Shown in pieces: positions 36,672 to 51,411 of a DNA stretch of 55,058 bases. The stretch covers positions 1 through 55,058 of the forward strand of contig JBHGNT010000197.1 in the NCBI GenBank assembly GCA_043228905.1. Direction: 5' to 3'. Numbering within the stretch: position 1 is the first letter of the stretch; each line of letters begins with the position of its first letter. The DNA comes from Azolla caroliniana. Lineage: Eukaryota; Plantae; Polypodiophyta. The notes beneath the pieces were generated by a model. It saw only the letters and a list, made by a program, of their open reading frames with translations. It had not been told where the DNA came from and did not search any database. The position numbers were made by a program, and so were the translations under genes.

Positions 36672-38850
36672 ATGCAGTGCAAAACACATCGCTTGCACCA
36701 CATCAACCAACGTTGAGATGATGAGAAATCATTGGCCATACGAAAAAGTGGCTTGTATCTCTCTAGCATGTTGGATGTGGGATCAATATATCTTCGATGA
36801 TGAAGCAAGAGGAATGTGTTAAGTTGGATCAAACCCTTGCAAAAATCAATCGCCTAGCAAGTGTGACATTTTCAATCAACTCTTGATTCATATTAACAAA
36901 TTCTATTGATTGTTAAGTGACGTTGCCATTTACAATAAAATCATTAAATCATCAATAAGTCCCTTACAATAGCAACTTCACTTACAAATCAATATGAGTT
37001 GTCGAAAATAGGTGATTTTGTATGAGCCAATAGTTAAGATTTTGTAGGAAATGGGTATGATGTTGTTCTTAATCAATATGTCGATGACGCTTTACTTTGA
37101 AACTATGCATTCTAAAAATGGATTTACACGATGCTTGGAAAAGTGCATCGTGCTCACATGTCGATGACTCATTGGTCACGAGATAATAAGCATGATACAT
37201 TATGGTTCTCAACCAGTAAACAATATAAATTCCAAAAGCATGTTGATTTTGCACTCAACTAAGGGATTTGAGCTTGTTACCAATGTGGACAAATGTAACA
37301 ATGTACCTTACCAATAGTTGAAAACAACCTTGCAACCTCATTATAAAATCAATTTACAACTCACTTTATTGGGTTAAATCATTATTAATGTCATGCAAAA
37401 GTTTTTAACTACTTCTTTATGAAATGTTTCATTGAGTAATCAAACAAACAAACAAGTTCCACAATTCATCCCAGGAGTTTCATAAAAGATATAGGCTTGC
37501 AAGGCAATTAGTCAAGACAAACAACATATGAGTTAATGTCGAACCGTTTGAATTAATATGAAACACATACAAAAGATGGAGTGATTAAGATGTAGCTAAC
37601 TAGTGTTTAACCTTAATCACTTTACTCACTCAAGTGAAAGATTAACAAAGTAGGAAGAAATAGTTTGAGCTTAGGTTGTAAGAGGTGAGAAAACTCGAAA
37701 GGGAATAAGAGCTACAAAAGTTGCCAAAAGTAACTTTTATAGTTATTTAGAATAAGGTTTGGCCCCTTTCACATTGGGGTGGCCTTTTGACCAATAACTT
37801 TGAAAGGAATTTTGTTCTATTCCCATCTTCTGTAATGCTTCATTGAGCTTGTCTTGAGTCTTGACAACATCTCGATATTTTGTAATGAATGAGGTGGCTA
37901 GTCCTTTATATACCGTAACATCTAAGGCTCTTGACCATTACTTGTTCCCACTTGTTATAGGTCTATACAAACTTGTCCCAAATCTTAAGATAACTAATTT
38001 CTCGATTATCTGACCCATAACCCATTAAATTTGGCTATAGAATTGGTCCATGGTTATGCGTATACGGTATAACAAGTGGCATGCAATCGTAACATCTTTT
38101 GTCAAAACTCGACTATAGGATGTTAGCTTCCTCGACCAATCCCTCAAACAATGTCCTATTTGATTCTCCGTAACATAAGACACCCCATTCAAAACCACAT
38201 CCTTTGCTTCAAGTGCTTCTAAGCACTTTGGTGTCTACTTGATACTTTGTTCATTTCGCTTCGCATTAATGTTTCCCGCTAATAATTTAAGTATCATTTA
38301 AAAACAAAATATCTATATATGTTTGAGGATTTATGGTTCTTATTCACAACACCACCCACATATCACACGTGGTTTCATGGACAACGATGCTTTACATGTA
38401 GATGGTTTGATTAATTGAGATGCCTCAAATGAGGTACATCAATGATCTCTTAACCATTGAATAATTTTAGGTGAAACAACCATCAACAAGGCAAACCATC
38501 ATATGCATTGTACACTTTTTGGGATCCAATTAACATGCCTCAAACCATGTTAATGATCTCTTGATAAGTTTAATTACCAAAGCATATAACCATAGGTTGG
38601 ATCAACCATTGACAAAGTCAAAACTTTCTACATAATCCATATACATTAGTGGACTTATGATTATCCACAAGCTACAATTTCAAAGCCAATATGCCAATTC
38701 GTAGACAAAAAGTAGCATGTGTAGATTGTATGCATGTCCAAAATTTTAGTTTGTGCTTAACCATGGTTTTTTTGTATGATCGTGAATCTCTTAGACTTAC
38801 ATTTCATTCCCTAAAGTAAATTAATCACACATTAACGAGTGCAATTGAGA

Positions 38851-39093
38851 TAAAGCAATGACAACAAACTAGTAATCACTAGCAAATTAATTACACACAC
38901 AGTTAGCTCATTGAATGTAAAGTAATGAATGACAAACTACTAATCACTAACAAATTAATTACACATGTAATTAGCTCTTTGAATATAAAGTAATGAACAA
39001 CAAACTGGTAATCACTAACAAATTAATTTCACATGTATTTAGCTGGTTGAATATAAAGTAATCATTGATCAACAAGAAGCAAGTAATCACTAA
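38851..39093 (+). repeat. Degenerate tandem repeat (~68 bp x3.5) upstream of the AIM24 gene
   Basis: Recurring acaaact..taatcacta.caaattaatt.caca...ttagct..ttgaat.taaagtaat. Confidence 0.75.
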
Positions 39094-39171
39094 ACTATCA
39101 GTAATTAATCAATTAATTTGATTGATCATTAGTCGTAAACTCAAACTTAAATTCATCATAGTTTTCTGCTC

Positions 39172-39210
<39 letters not shown>

Positions 39211-39239
39211 CAAAGGCGAAGAAGCTTGATTCTGTTCTC

Positions 39240-42200
39240 ATGGCAGCTCCTGCTCTTACCACGCCGTTTCAGCCTTATGTTTACCAGGTAAGGATCTCAC
39301 AAATTCCATACAAACTTTTCAGAATCTTTAGTTCTTCTTTAGATCCAACGATGTGTATCGAAACAGACAAAATTTTAAGTTCTGGATCTACCTCTCAAAT
39401 TGACCTAAGAGAAACAGTCATTGAAAATGCTCAGTCTTTCATCCCTTCTTTCATTGAAAATATAGCGCTGCCTCCCCACATCCAGATTGTGTTTTGTGTT
39501 TTCGAGACATAGATAATTTCTCGTTTTCCTGATTCATGAGATCTCGGAGAGAAAATAATGAAAAATTTCCGCAATTTTGCACAGTTCTGTAGCAAATGAC
39601 GACAACCTCACGTTCCACTTCTGATTCTTCCGCAATACTTTTAATATGAAATATAAAACGTAAAGTTTCAACATCCACATTGTGTTTTCTCGACAGAGAT
39701 AAGTTCTGGATCCCCGATTCCTGAATCATTGCTTAATTTCGGCATTGTTATTATCATTATCCCTGATTCATGGTATCTGGGAGCAAAAATAATCAACGTT
39801 TCTGCGTCACTGTACTTTTATAGCAAATGGTGATGATAATTTCATATTCTACTTTGCCTTACATTGAGTAAAATGTTATTTTTTCAAATATATTAGTTTC
39901 TTCCAAGAATCTCAAAGGTGCAATGCGAACAACACTTCTTGCCAACAGATATGGTATCAGAAGCCAGAACTTTTGCCACACATGAATATTTTCACAGTTT
40001 AGTGATTTACTATCTGTTTCATCACCATTGATTGATCACGTTTGGGAGCCAAAGTGCCAAACGTTTCAACTTTTTTTAAGGTCATTCATGTTTGTTTTGC
40101 TACTATTGCAAATCATGATCACTTTCATATTTTGATTTGGTATATTTTCCTCCATTTATTTAAGTTTGAAGTTATTTACTTGGATTCCTTAGATGCCTTT
40201 GAAGAACCTCAAACACAATTCCGAAAACTAAAATTCTTGCCAAGAAATACAATTGTACTTTCAAGACCAGGTTGTATTCATAATATCTACGTATCAGTCT
40301 TCTCACGACAGATAACTTTTCATGACTGATTCATAGTACTATTGGTATCCCGGTATCCCTCTATTATCACAAGAACTCCAATTTCATGACATTTCACAAC
40401 CAAATTGTCTGTAATTTTGATCAATTTTCAGAGTTTTGTAGCAAACAGTGAGCACTTTTATATTGTTTTGGTTTTATATCCCTTTAACAAGTGCGAAATT
40501 ATAATCTCGGAACTCCAATCTCGCAATGCAGATCAATCGTGCCATGAAATATGAATGTAGTCGCAGTAGACATTGTATTTCTAGTTATCAACCTTCTGTT
40601 ACCTGCTTCATGATGGATTGCTTGTTTTCTTTCTTGTTGTTCCTGATTCACGGATTTGAGGTCCTTTGCTTTTCTTGCACTTAAGTTCTTGGTTTTCCAT
40701 CTAATTATATTTAGTTGTTGTTCCCTTATATTTCATATTGTGAAATCTTTGCATTCTGCTTTTCAATCCAACCTTTTCTATATTTTTTCATAGTGCTGTA
40801 GACTTGAACCTTGTTAATCAGTTTGATCTCGCTGGCTAATTCAGCCTCTAGTAAATAAGACACTTTTTTAGTTTTTTCCTTCACCCATAAGAGAATGTAA
40901 GTAATCCGTTTACTCAATTTACACAGGGCATATGATATAGTAGTATAACTGAGTCTAAATGAGGGTATAAGTATACTAAAATAGAAATTTGGAAAGTAAG
41001 TTCTGGTTTCTAGAAATTTACAAATTGGTGAAACATTCTTGAACTGGCTTCTTTGCTTTTATATTGGTGGGACTAGTGCTAAGAACCCCAAACTCATCTA
41101 GGGAGGATTGAGTGAGATACCAAAGATATGATCTATTGAGCAAGATCCAAGATCAATTGAGCCTGGATTGATGGAATTCTGAAAAGTTCCTTTATATTGA
41201 TTTATTGCATGAAAAGTTCCTGGAAGTTTGAGTGTGTAAAGGTGAAGTTCAGTACTCAGAGAAAATATGTAAGTGATGCAAAGTGTCTGTCATAGGCTAT
41301 TGTGTGGTGTCCTGATGGGAAACTTGTTCCACTGTGATGGAACCAGCTAGGGAAGAAAGATTAATTAAGCATATTACAACTACCTTTATTGATGACATCC
41401 TCTTCTTTGTGGAGTACAATCTCCCCTGGGGTGACTGGTAGCTGCACAATAAGGAACCATCTTCAGGGTTCAGTGATGTATTAAATTAACACTCCCACCA
41501 TCAGTTAATCTGAGAAATAGAGAATGCAGAGATAGGAGAGGCAATTATATATCATACACATGAAATCTGAGAACATAGGCAAAACTCTCGTGATAAAGCA
41601 GTTCATCCCATGAGATCACCTCTGGAAATTATTGGCAATCTCAAACATTGATCCCAATGACACTCCAAGTCACAAATTCTCCTCACAATTATTTTAATAA
41701 TTACTCAGTGTCTCTTTAAAGATCTGGTGTACAATACTTATACTCCATGCAGCCATCCATCTCAAAAGATGTGCACAGTTAGAAACCCACCATCCAAAAG
41801 AAAACACAGAACCTCTAAAAAAATGCAGTTGTGGAGGTTGTGAAGTCCATTTTTGCCATTTTCTAATCGAAAACAATGAACCAGGGGCTGCTGTAGATCA
41901 AAATGAAGCTCCATGGATCCCATATGAAGTGATGTTTAATCCTCATCCAATTCTTTGTAAAGGCCTCATACATATACATTATCCTAGCAAGAGTGGAAAC
42001 ATGCAACTCACATATTTCCACACATTATTCTCATAAAATGAAGACCTATAAAAAGGAAGACTGATCAACGCGAAAAAGGTTCTCCACATACAATAACCAA
42101 CATTCGACTCATAATCACTTTGTGTAACTCCTTCACCTTTGCATCTGAAAACATCCATAGAACACATGAATCCGACGATTCTAGAGAGCTGAAAATAAAA

Positions 42201-45200
42201 ATATTCCCACATCCAAAACTTGTTCGATATTCAAACTACTCCAAAGCGCATGCTGGAACATTAATCCTACAAATGACAAAATTGATTGATCGAAATAGGA
42301 TGCATGGAAGGACAAAATACTAGTTATTTATGAAATAGAAAGCGTTTTAAAACTGAAAGGTTTAGCAAACGAGCTCCAAATTGAAAAAATAATGCTATTT
42401 CTCTCCTTGCAATGATACGAAGAATCTTTTTGGCAAAAATATCTCCATCTTCATTGGCTTTTGTACTATAGGTTTTTTATTCCCATTAATTCATTCAGAA
42501 GTTCAATTGTGTTACAGAGTCCACAAGCAGTATGTATTCCTTTCCAAATACTTGGAGGTGAAGCACAAATTGTCCAGGTAATTTCATAATCCTCAAATTT
42601 GTATTTCAAAATTGTCATCACTTGCACATGCATATGCTTTCTTTCCCAATGTTATTTTTCATCCAAACGTCTAGAACTTGTCTTTTTAACAGCCAAAACA
42701 GTAAGAGCATTTCTGAAACTTGTTTGAAACACATTTCATTTTGATGGGCATCTGTGGAGCCAATTAATCAACTGCATTCAGTGCTGTAGCACAAACACAA
42801 GTGGAGGATCCTCATGTTTTCCTTGTTACAAAAGATTTCTTTTACTCTATCATTGCATAAGGTAGGAGTTATCCTAAGCACTTAGATATAGAATGGCTGG
42901 GAATTTTTCGAGAAGACTTCAACAAGATATTTCCACTATTTTAGGAAGATCTTGAAGTGTCTCATTTTCAGAACCTGTAGATGATAGCTCATCAATGTAT
43001 TCAAGTAAGAATCAAACTTTCAAACCATCCATATAGAATTCATAGATATTCCAATCCAACTTAGTTCACAAGTTGCATTATGACTTCCAACTGTTCAAAA
43101 TGCAGTATCTGATTGCAACATGACACATTGTAGTCTCAATGTACAAACAATTAAAGATCATTTGCCAATTTATTAATACAATGACTAGTCTTCCCATTAT
43201 TTTAATATCATGTTAAAGCTTGGCCTTGTATTATACAAATATGGGTTTCCTGCCTTCATGTTATAGGCATAACCTTACAAACCAATTCTACAGCCAATCC
43301 TAACAGCACTGTTTACTGATAATTTAAAAGGTAAAAAATGTAAATCTACGAAACCAATCCCTTGGAATGACCCTTTACAAGAATGTTTTACCATTTTCAT
43401 TGAACGTGTATGCTTTGCTCCTACTCTTACATTGCATGTAGGGAAATATGAAACCGACCACAATCGGTCAACATGTGCATATGAGAGATGCAGAGATCAA
43501 GACAACAATACACAAGAAAGTATAGAGACACAAGATCTTTTAACGTGGAAAACCCTGAAAGGGAAAAACCACAGGAGTCCACAAACTCTAAACAAGTCAC
43601 TATGGTAGGAGGGATATACAATAAGAAACTCCAAGGCAACAACCTTGAATTCTTCTTCGTCCATAGATGGTTACAGAGTTACAACTCTCACTCTCACCCT
43701 CCTACACACAAGTAACACTCACTAATACACTAGTTACAACAAATGCTACACAAAATTACACATAATGATTTGCCCTAGATGTATTTATACTAATACATAC
43801 TATGTGCTATTTACAAATATGGCCTCTTCCGGATACATCTCCGGATCCAATCTCTCGTCTGGATCTTCATCCGGTTCCAGCACTCTTCCAATCCGGTTCT
43901 TGTTCTTCGAACTCCAATTCGATTTGTACTCTTCCCATCTGGAGGGACCTGTTTCCTAACATTGCAAGGCTCTTCCAAACATTTCGAGGTTGAAACTGAT
44001 GCTAGTTATTATGCAATTGGCAGCTTTTTTTACCAAGACAGAAATCTTATTGTTTTGGAGAGCAGAAAACTTGATTTTACTCATTTTTTATATTTAATTA
44101 AAGAAAAAGAACTTTTGCAATAATTTATGCACTTAAAACTTGGAGACATTATCGGTATGTAAATCGTATTGTGGTCACAACATACCTCCGGTCTCTGAAA
44201 TATTTTGTGATCAACATGATCTTGTTGGTTGTAAAGGTTGATGGGCAAATCTCATGAAGACTTTGATTTTTCCATTCTTTATTGCAAACGTTTAATGAAC
44301 ACAGTTGTTAGTGCTCTTATTTGTCTTCATGAGGTTAACATGCTTAGCTTCATTGAATTAAAATCTGATCTTTTTGATCAACTCCGAGGTTATCACTTTT
44401 AGCATGTCTGCAGAAATTTTGAGTAGGTGCAAATTCTCTCAGTTTGTGATGTACCATACTATCAGTTACATGGATTGGTAATAGTTCCCGCTCCAATGGA
44501 GCTTTGGCGGCTGCAACAGCTATTATGAATGAACAAAAAAATTCTCCCCGCATTTGCTAGAGTGAATAATCAAAAAGAAGATGAGAGAATGCTAACAATA
44601 CCTTGATGGCAGATTCTTCAAAAGATACTAGAAGGGATCTTAGACTCACTAACAGAGTCTTGACGTCTCAAGATACCCTAATGAAGGGGATAGCTAGTCC
44701 CCGTTATCTAGCCCAACTCCTAAGGGCCCTAGACGTCCACATGTTCCCACGTGTCATAGGTTCTAATGGGTTTGTCCCAGTACCTAAGAACTAGTTTCTA
44801 AAATATCCTACCCTTAACCCATTGGTCCCATGTGTCATAGGTCCTTATGGGTTAAGGGTAGGATATTCGAGAACTTGTTGTCGAATATCCTACCCTTAAC
44901 CCATCAAAATTAGCCGTAGAATTGGCCAAGGTTATGCTGGTAACACTTGACCAATTTCCAGTGCTTTTAACAACCTAAAATTTAGAAATTATGCTTTTTT
45001 GAATAAGGAAACTTCTCAAAATGATTGTAGATATTTTTTAACAAGCTAAAAGTTAGAATTTATGCTGTTTTGAGTAATGAAATTTCTCAAAATGATTGTA
45101 GATTTATTTTTTTAATGAGCGAAAAGTTAGAATTTATGCTGTTTTGAGTAATGAAATTTCTCAAATGATTGTAGATCACATCTCTATGAAAATTTGACAT

Positions 45201-48200
45201 ACACATAATTTGACATCTCTATGAACTGCATTTTTCTTAAATAAAAGTTAGTGTGATTGACAACCTAAAAGTTATAATTTATGCTTTTTTCAATAATGAA
45301 ATTTCTCAAATGATTGTAAATCACATCTCTATGAAAATTTGACATACGCATAATTTGACATCTCTATGAACTGCGTTTTTCTTAATTATCACCAAAAATA
45401 TTATTGGGACAGAATAAGTTTCTGTAACTTTTCTGGTTACACTTCGGGTGAACATATTTGTTGCTTGTCTATAAAGAGGAAAAATCTGATGTATAATGAT
45501 GTCGTCCAACATTAAAAGAATTTCTATTTTTCTTGGATATAAGCTGTCTTTTTCACTTTGTGTAGCGGTAATTCATTTTTGTATTTTTATTTGCAGATAA
45601 TGCTGAAGCCTCAAGAAAAAATTCTTGCAAAACCAGGTGTGCAGTCTGCTGCATATGTAATTTTAAGGGCAAGTGGTATATTATACTTAGATAATGTTTT
45701 TTAAAATCTCTGTAGGATCAATGTGCTACATGTCAGCATCAGTACACATGGAGAATATCTTGCCTCCAGAGATTGGGGGTGTAAATGTTTTGCAGTTGCT
45801 TTTCGGGAACAGTCCCAGCACCACATCGTATATTCCTACTTTGGTTTCATATATATGAATAATTGCCTATGTGATTCTATGAGGGAATGACCTATGGAAC
45901 TGGCAGGTACACCAACGTGGGTAACCAAGATGGTTATGTTGGCATTGCAGCACCATCCCTCTCTAGAATATTGCCGGTTTGTTTCAAATTTTATAACATG
46001 AACTAGGTTTCACAATGTACAATTTGAATTTGTTCATTAATGGACTGATTCTATTGTTTTATTTATCTACACGATCGTGAAAATTATATCATATCTTTGG
46101 TTAACAGATTGACTTGGCTAGGTTTGGAGGGGAGATTATTTGCCAGGTAAAAATCATATTAACCTTCTTTTAATGTGCATCTTGTTCCTCCTGTGTATTA
46201 AGGGATTCAATGAGATCTGTTTGGTGTCTCAGCCAGATGTCTACTTGTGTTCTATCAATGATGTAACCATATTGCCTACAATCATGCGAAGAGCTCGGGC
46301 GGGACTGTTTAGTGGTGAAGTATGTCTTTCATTATATTTTCTTCCTTTGCCTATGCATTGACTTCATTGACTTTCATCATAAGTATCTACTCTGTCAAAC
46401 AATTGTAGGGATTTCTCATGCACAAGCTAACTGGACAAGGTCTTGCATTCATAACTGTTGGCGGATCTAGTAGGCTTTCACCGTTCCTAATCATGTTTAT
46501 GTTGATTGACTTATTTATGTTTTTAAATCCATAAATGAAAAATATAAGAAAATAAATGTGTTGGGTGTGAGAACTCACTGTGTTCATCTATATATTAATA
46601 TAATTTTTTAAGTCACCAGAAATGTGTTTCTTGAAAATTAGAAAGAAAGCTCTTACATTATCCTCTTATCTACTTTATTCTCTAGAATTCCTTATAAATC
46701 AATTGTTTATGTAGATCATGTCAAATCCAAACTAAAGCAAAAGTGTGTATTAAGTAGAAAAAGTTATACATGCTGTTACAGTTAGTGCACGACTTGAGTT
46801 TGTTCATGCCTTACTGTGACCTTTCTAGTTAGAGTCTGAGTATATGTTTCACCAATCTGATCTTATATATCTCCATCCAAACCAAAGGGTATCAATACAG
46901 CCTAAAGTTGAGAGCAAGAGAGAAGGGTAATGTATCAGCCATTTTTCAGCTTTATGTGCCTGTTATATGTCCCAATGTAACCCATGTCGACTAGTAGCAT
47001 CCAGATGATAATTGAATTTCTAAATAGAAGGTTGAACAAGACTGTACCTGCACTTAAGTAAGGTAAGAAATATCAATGGTCAACCTTGAGAAATAGAAGT
47101 AGTAACTAGGATCAGGAGTGGTAATACCCAACTAATAATTAGAGTACGTGTTTGTCTGCAATCATATAAGCGCTATGAGAAGTATAAGAAAGTAAGTGTT
47201 GCAAGTTAAAACAATCTGGAAGAAATATAACATGGGTTTCCTTTCATAGTAAGATATTAGACGAAACATCCTCGATTCCACATGTGAATTGTGATGCTTC
47301 AATCCTCTAATGGATCCTCAGGCACTGAATGTTCTGAGTAAATATCTCCATTCTCTCTAAGGCTGGAGTCCACCATTGAGGCTGAAGCCATAGGACCTGC
47401 CTCCTGGATATTCCACTTGAATAAGTCAGTAGTCAGTAGTCTCTCACTCATTCAGTTACTCAGATTGTATACGAAAACCTCTCTGCTCAGGTGGCACATA
47501 CCCGTAAAATTGCCGTGATACGAACTGCCAAAGAAAAAGGCCTTTCAATTGCTATGTTTCCATTATTCCATGTTGCACAAAAAAAGGAATGTGTTTTGTG
47601 TCCACCAATTATTGCGCCTATTGAACAAATTGAATTGCAAAAACCGTTATTTGCAAGGATTATTATGCATTCGGTGAACTATAGGATGCCATTTGGCAAG
47701 ATTCACATATGTTTTCATGAAATGACCATCACATGCATCACAACAGATCCAGGCTGCGAAAACTATAGTTATGACATGTGAAATCCTTTTTTTTAAAGTA
47801 AAAAGCCAGAGTTCAGTCCACTATTGAGTTGTTTGACGTAGTTTGTAGCAGTGAAAACTTATTGCCACATGTTCAGTAGTCTCCAAAAGGTAGAAACGCC
47901 CATTCTTTAGGATTGCAGCCATGATTCTATGACACCCAATCATGCCTGGGGTGCACTCTTTAATCCAAATGCGAGGTTCCCGATCTAATGCATTCTGAAT
48001 AGAGTGCAATAAGGGATGAAAACGTGAGATCACTGGGATCATAGACACTGTAAAATGGGTTGGAATTTAATTATGATTAATGAAATCAATATATACAAAT
48101 CTTTAATCTCTGTTCAGTGCCGAGATTGTGAAAAAGACCATGAAGATTAAGATGAAGATGAAAGCAGAAACTCTATAATAAAATAACTTACAAATAAAAC

Positions 48201-50402
48201 TTTTAATCATTGTAGAGGACACAAATAGCATAGTGGTTTCATCCCAATATTTTAGGATACTACAAAGTAATAATAAACTATTATAATTAATATACATAAG
48301 TTGGTGCTTGCATGTAACACCACTCCAACAAGATGTATATAAAATGCATATGAAGTTGTTTATTTTTTTTTGAAATGCAGTCAGTAAACTGACAAATAGA
48401 ACATCTCATGCCAAATGGGTGTTGTGAATAGGATCCGTGAGTTGGCTATCAGTGAGTAACACAGTTTACATCTTAATCATGGCCAGAGTTATGCCTCCTC
48501 ACCGAAGCTTTGGGACTGGATCCTTGTCTACCCTATGTTATGACATGGGTAGGAACATTCATCAATCTTTCCTAAGCTAATAACAATTGTGCTAATCAGT
48601 AAGGCGAACTACTCAGGCTGTACTACAGCTCCACTGCATGTGGTGGCTCTGCTGAGCACTGCCAAAGCTCTAATAATGGATACCCAAGATGCCTACATAC
48701 TGTCTCCATAGATAACCAGTCTGCTAACCATGATCTGCTGAGTGTCATTCTGCACAGATGATGTGGACCAATTTATGCATGTTAAATTTCTCAGCCCAGA
48801 GAACAATGCTATTAAATCCCAAACCCAAACTGATAATCTCCTAGAGTGGGGAAAAGTAAATGAATTATCTGTAAAGGCTTGTTCAATACGTTGGCTGAGT
48901 GTCATTCTGCACAGATGATGAGGACCAATTTATGCATGTTAAATTTCTCAGCCCAGAGAACAATGCTATTAAATCCCAAAACCCCACACTGATAATCTCC
49001 TTCTAGAGTGGGGAAAAGTAAATGAATTATCTGTAAAGGCTTGTTCAACAAGTTGGCTCTGATAAGGCAGTGTTAAACCAACCATTTGAACACCATTTGC
49101 CAATTTATGCAGCATTACCAAATTGGAATTGAAGCAAATATCATACACGGGGGAATTAGGGACACCCTCGCCTCACAGTTTTAATTACATGGATTTGATG
49201 CCACTTGATCAGAGTTTCTTGACACTGCACTTCAGAGAGGCATCTGCCATTTTCCTTGTCTGCAGAAGGACATCTTGTTGATACTACGAAACAGCATTAT
49301 AACCTAAGTGATTCCTGTACACACCAAGCATCATGGCATGGCGTTGCCTACTAACATATCTTGGGTTGAGCTTACACTTGATTGTTTATATCTCAAGATG
49401 TAGCTTGAAGTACTCTTGGTAATTAACCATATTCTTTTATAATATATACGATATTCTTTCTGAAAGAAAAATAAAAAGAGATTCATTTGTGACCATGAAC
49501 GCGAACATGCTACGTAAATTCGTAATGGTTCCTTGTACATACTACCTATCATGCAACCTAACGTATTATGGGCTATGCTAAGACTCAAATGTTTTGTCTA
49601 AAGGTGCGGCCTCAAGAACCATGCTAATTAATTGTATTTTCTTTACATTACTATTTATGAAAGAAAAAAAATAGAGGTCCATTATTGCTCATGAAGAGGG
49701 AATACAATTTGTAAGGCTGTGATTTTCTGGACTGTTCTTTTTAGATTCTTCTGATATTTTTGTAATGGTTAACTCAGGTTTCTACTTTGTTATGCTTACT
49801 ATCTTTGCATGTCGTACAGTGATGGAAGGTTTCTAACCTGTTATCATTATTTCCTTTGTACGTCGTACAGTTGTGCAAAAGAACCTGACTGAAGGGGAGA
49901 CAATTGTAGTTGATGCAGGCTGTGTAGTTGCCATGACAAGATTAGTTGATATGCAAGTTAAATATACAGGCAGTGTGGGGCGGTCCATTTTTGGGGTTTG
50001 TCTCAATGACTTTTTAATGGCATAGTCTCATGTTTTAATATATACTTCTATTCTGTTAGATCTATATTTTGCCCTTTCTTATTCATTTATTCCTTCCTTA
50101 GGGCGGTGTACATGCAGCACATCTTACTGGACCTGGAGTGGTCTTCATTCAGAGTTTACCATTGCATCGTCTAGCCAATAAAATAGCGCGGTAAATAACC
50201 CAGTTATAAATTTTTATAATCGTTTATGAAACTGTCTCAAACTAACTCATTGGCAACCACAATCAATAAATACATGTTTTTCTACAGGTCTGTAGCAGCT
50301 CCAAACTTCCGTGATAACCCAAGATTGTTGATACAAATAGCTGTCTCTCTATTTCTTGCTTATGCAGTAGCTCTTTATCTCTTGATCCTGACAGAAATAT
50401 AA
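39240..50402 (+). CDS. AIM24: AIM24-family (TRAP-like fold) protein with C-terminal TM helix, ~281 aa. Exons 39240-39287, 42518-42577, 45597-45636, 45716-45827, 45907-45976, 46108-46146, 46233-46319, 46409-46469, 49871-49995, 50102-50190, 50288-50402
   Basis: The joined exons read [56 protein letters not shown]...[31 protein letters not shown]...[21 protein letters not shown]...[18 protein letters not shown]...LILTEI*, matching plant AIM24 proteins. All junctions are GT-AG and in frame. Confidence 0.88.
43437..43961 (-). mobile_element. Solo LTR (Copia-like) in AIM24 intron 2
   Basis: tgtagggaaa...tttcctaaca ends and a 5-bp TSD TTGCA (43432-43436, 43962-43966). It contains taacgtggaaaaccc...gggaaaaaccac, the reverse of the common Copia LTR gggttttccacgtta motif. 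Confidence 0.85.
44802..44904. repeat. Perfect 24-bp-stem hairpin plus a third arm copy
   Basis: atgggttaagggtaggatattcga (44847-44870), a 10-nt loop, then its reverse complement (44881-44904). A 21-bp arm copy lies at 44802-44822. Confidence 0.9.
44971..45385 (+). repeat. Degenerate intronic tandem repeats
   Basis: Four copies of aaagttagaatttatgct.ttt...taatgaaatttctcaaa(a)tgattgtagat. The last two are followed by cacatctctatgaaaatttgacatac. Confidence 0.8.
48737..49057 (+). repeat. Intronic tandem duplication, ~157-bp unit x2
   Basis: gctgagtgtcattctgcacagatgatg...ctgtaaaggcttgttcaa starts at 48737 and again at 48894. Confidence 0.9.
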
Positions 50403-51411
50403 AAATTCAATTAATAGCGTGATTTAGTGACTCAACACCCACATATTGTTGACCTTGAGAGTCAATAGTGTCAAATTCTTCATGTGGAAATTTCCAAAAT
50501 ACTGCTGGTAGTTCGAAGATTAGTTATATGGCGGGCTTGGAAAATATGCAGGCATTTGAAAGCTCTGGAGATGGCAACTGAGCTGGGAATTGTAAAGTGA
50601 AGGGCAGATTGATTTTTTACGACAAAGAAATTTAATGTTGCTGCAGTAGTTATACAGAACCGGCTTCAAACAGCATTTCAGGAATAGAAACTAGTGTCTG
50701 ATTTCTGTTTCAGTGTTTAAAACAAGAACACTTGAGGAATAGTGACTAGTGAAAATTAGAAGTTATAGGCGATGTTAGTATTATACAAATAATTGGTGAA
50801 ATAATGCTTGGGAGTAAGAAAAATGACATTTTTTTATTTTTTAAAGGTTCAAGATTACATTTTTTATTCCTTTAAAGGTTAACTATCAGTTCTGATAAAG
50901 TAATGGATTGTCGAATTTTCGTTTCAAATTTCGTTATTAACACATTATTATATGACCAAGTAGAGTATCACTTGGATCTTATTAACTCTCCATTCTATTT
51001 CATTTGGTATCACTTGATCATTCTATTTCAAAAAACATATCTGACAATATCATACTCTATAAATTGTCCATCAATGCCAAAGTTTGGTATCACTTGATCA
51101 TTACATTACAAAAATTACATTTCAGAACAGACCATTAATTGGTGTGAGTTAATATAACATTTTGATGTTGATGATACATGTGGAACTTCAATACCAACTA
51201 CATTTATAAACAATTAGATGCTCATTGGAAAATTAAACTATTCCTCAAATATGTGTGCTATTTAGTTGTCAACTGCTTGCTGGGTTTCTATCAAACAGAG
51301 ATTCTATTTATATTCCGCATCCAAGCCATTGGAAAATTAAATTACTCCTCAAGTATGTGCTATATTGAGCTGTCAACTGCCTGCATGTATTTCTATCAAA
51401 AGAGATTTTAT

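Noticed and set aside
36700-38800. Coding or RNA gene between DIS3L2 and AIM24
   Set aside because: AT-rich sequence with only short ORFs and no recognisable motifs; probably decayed TE sequence.
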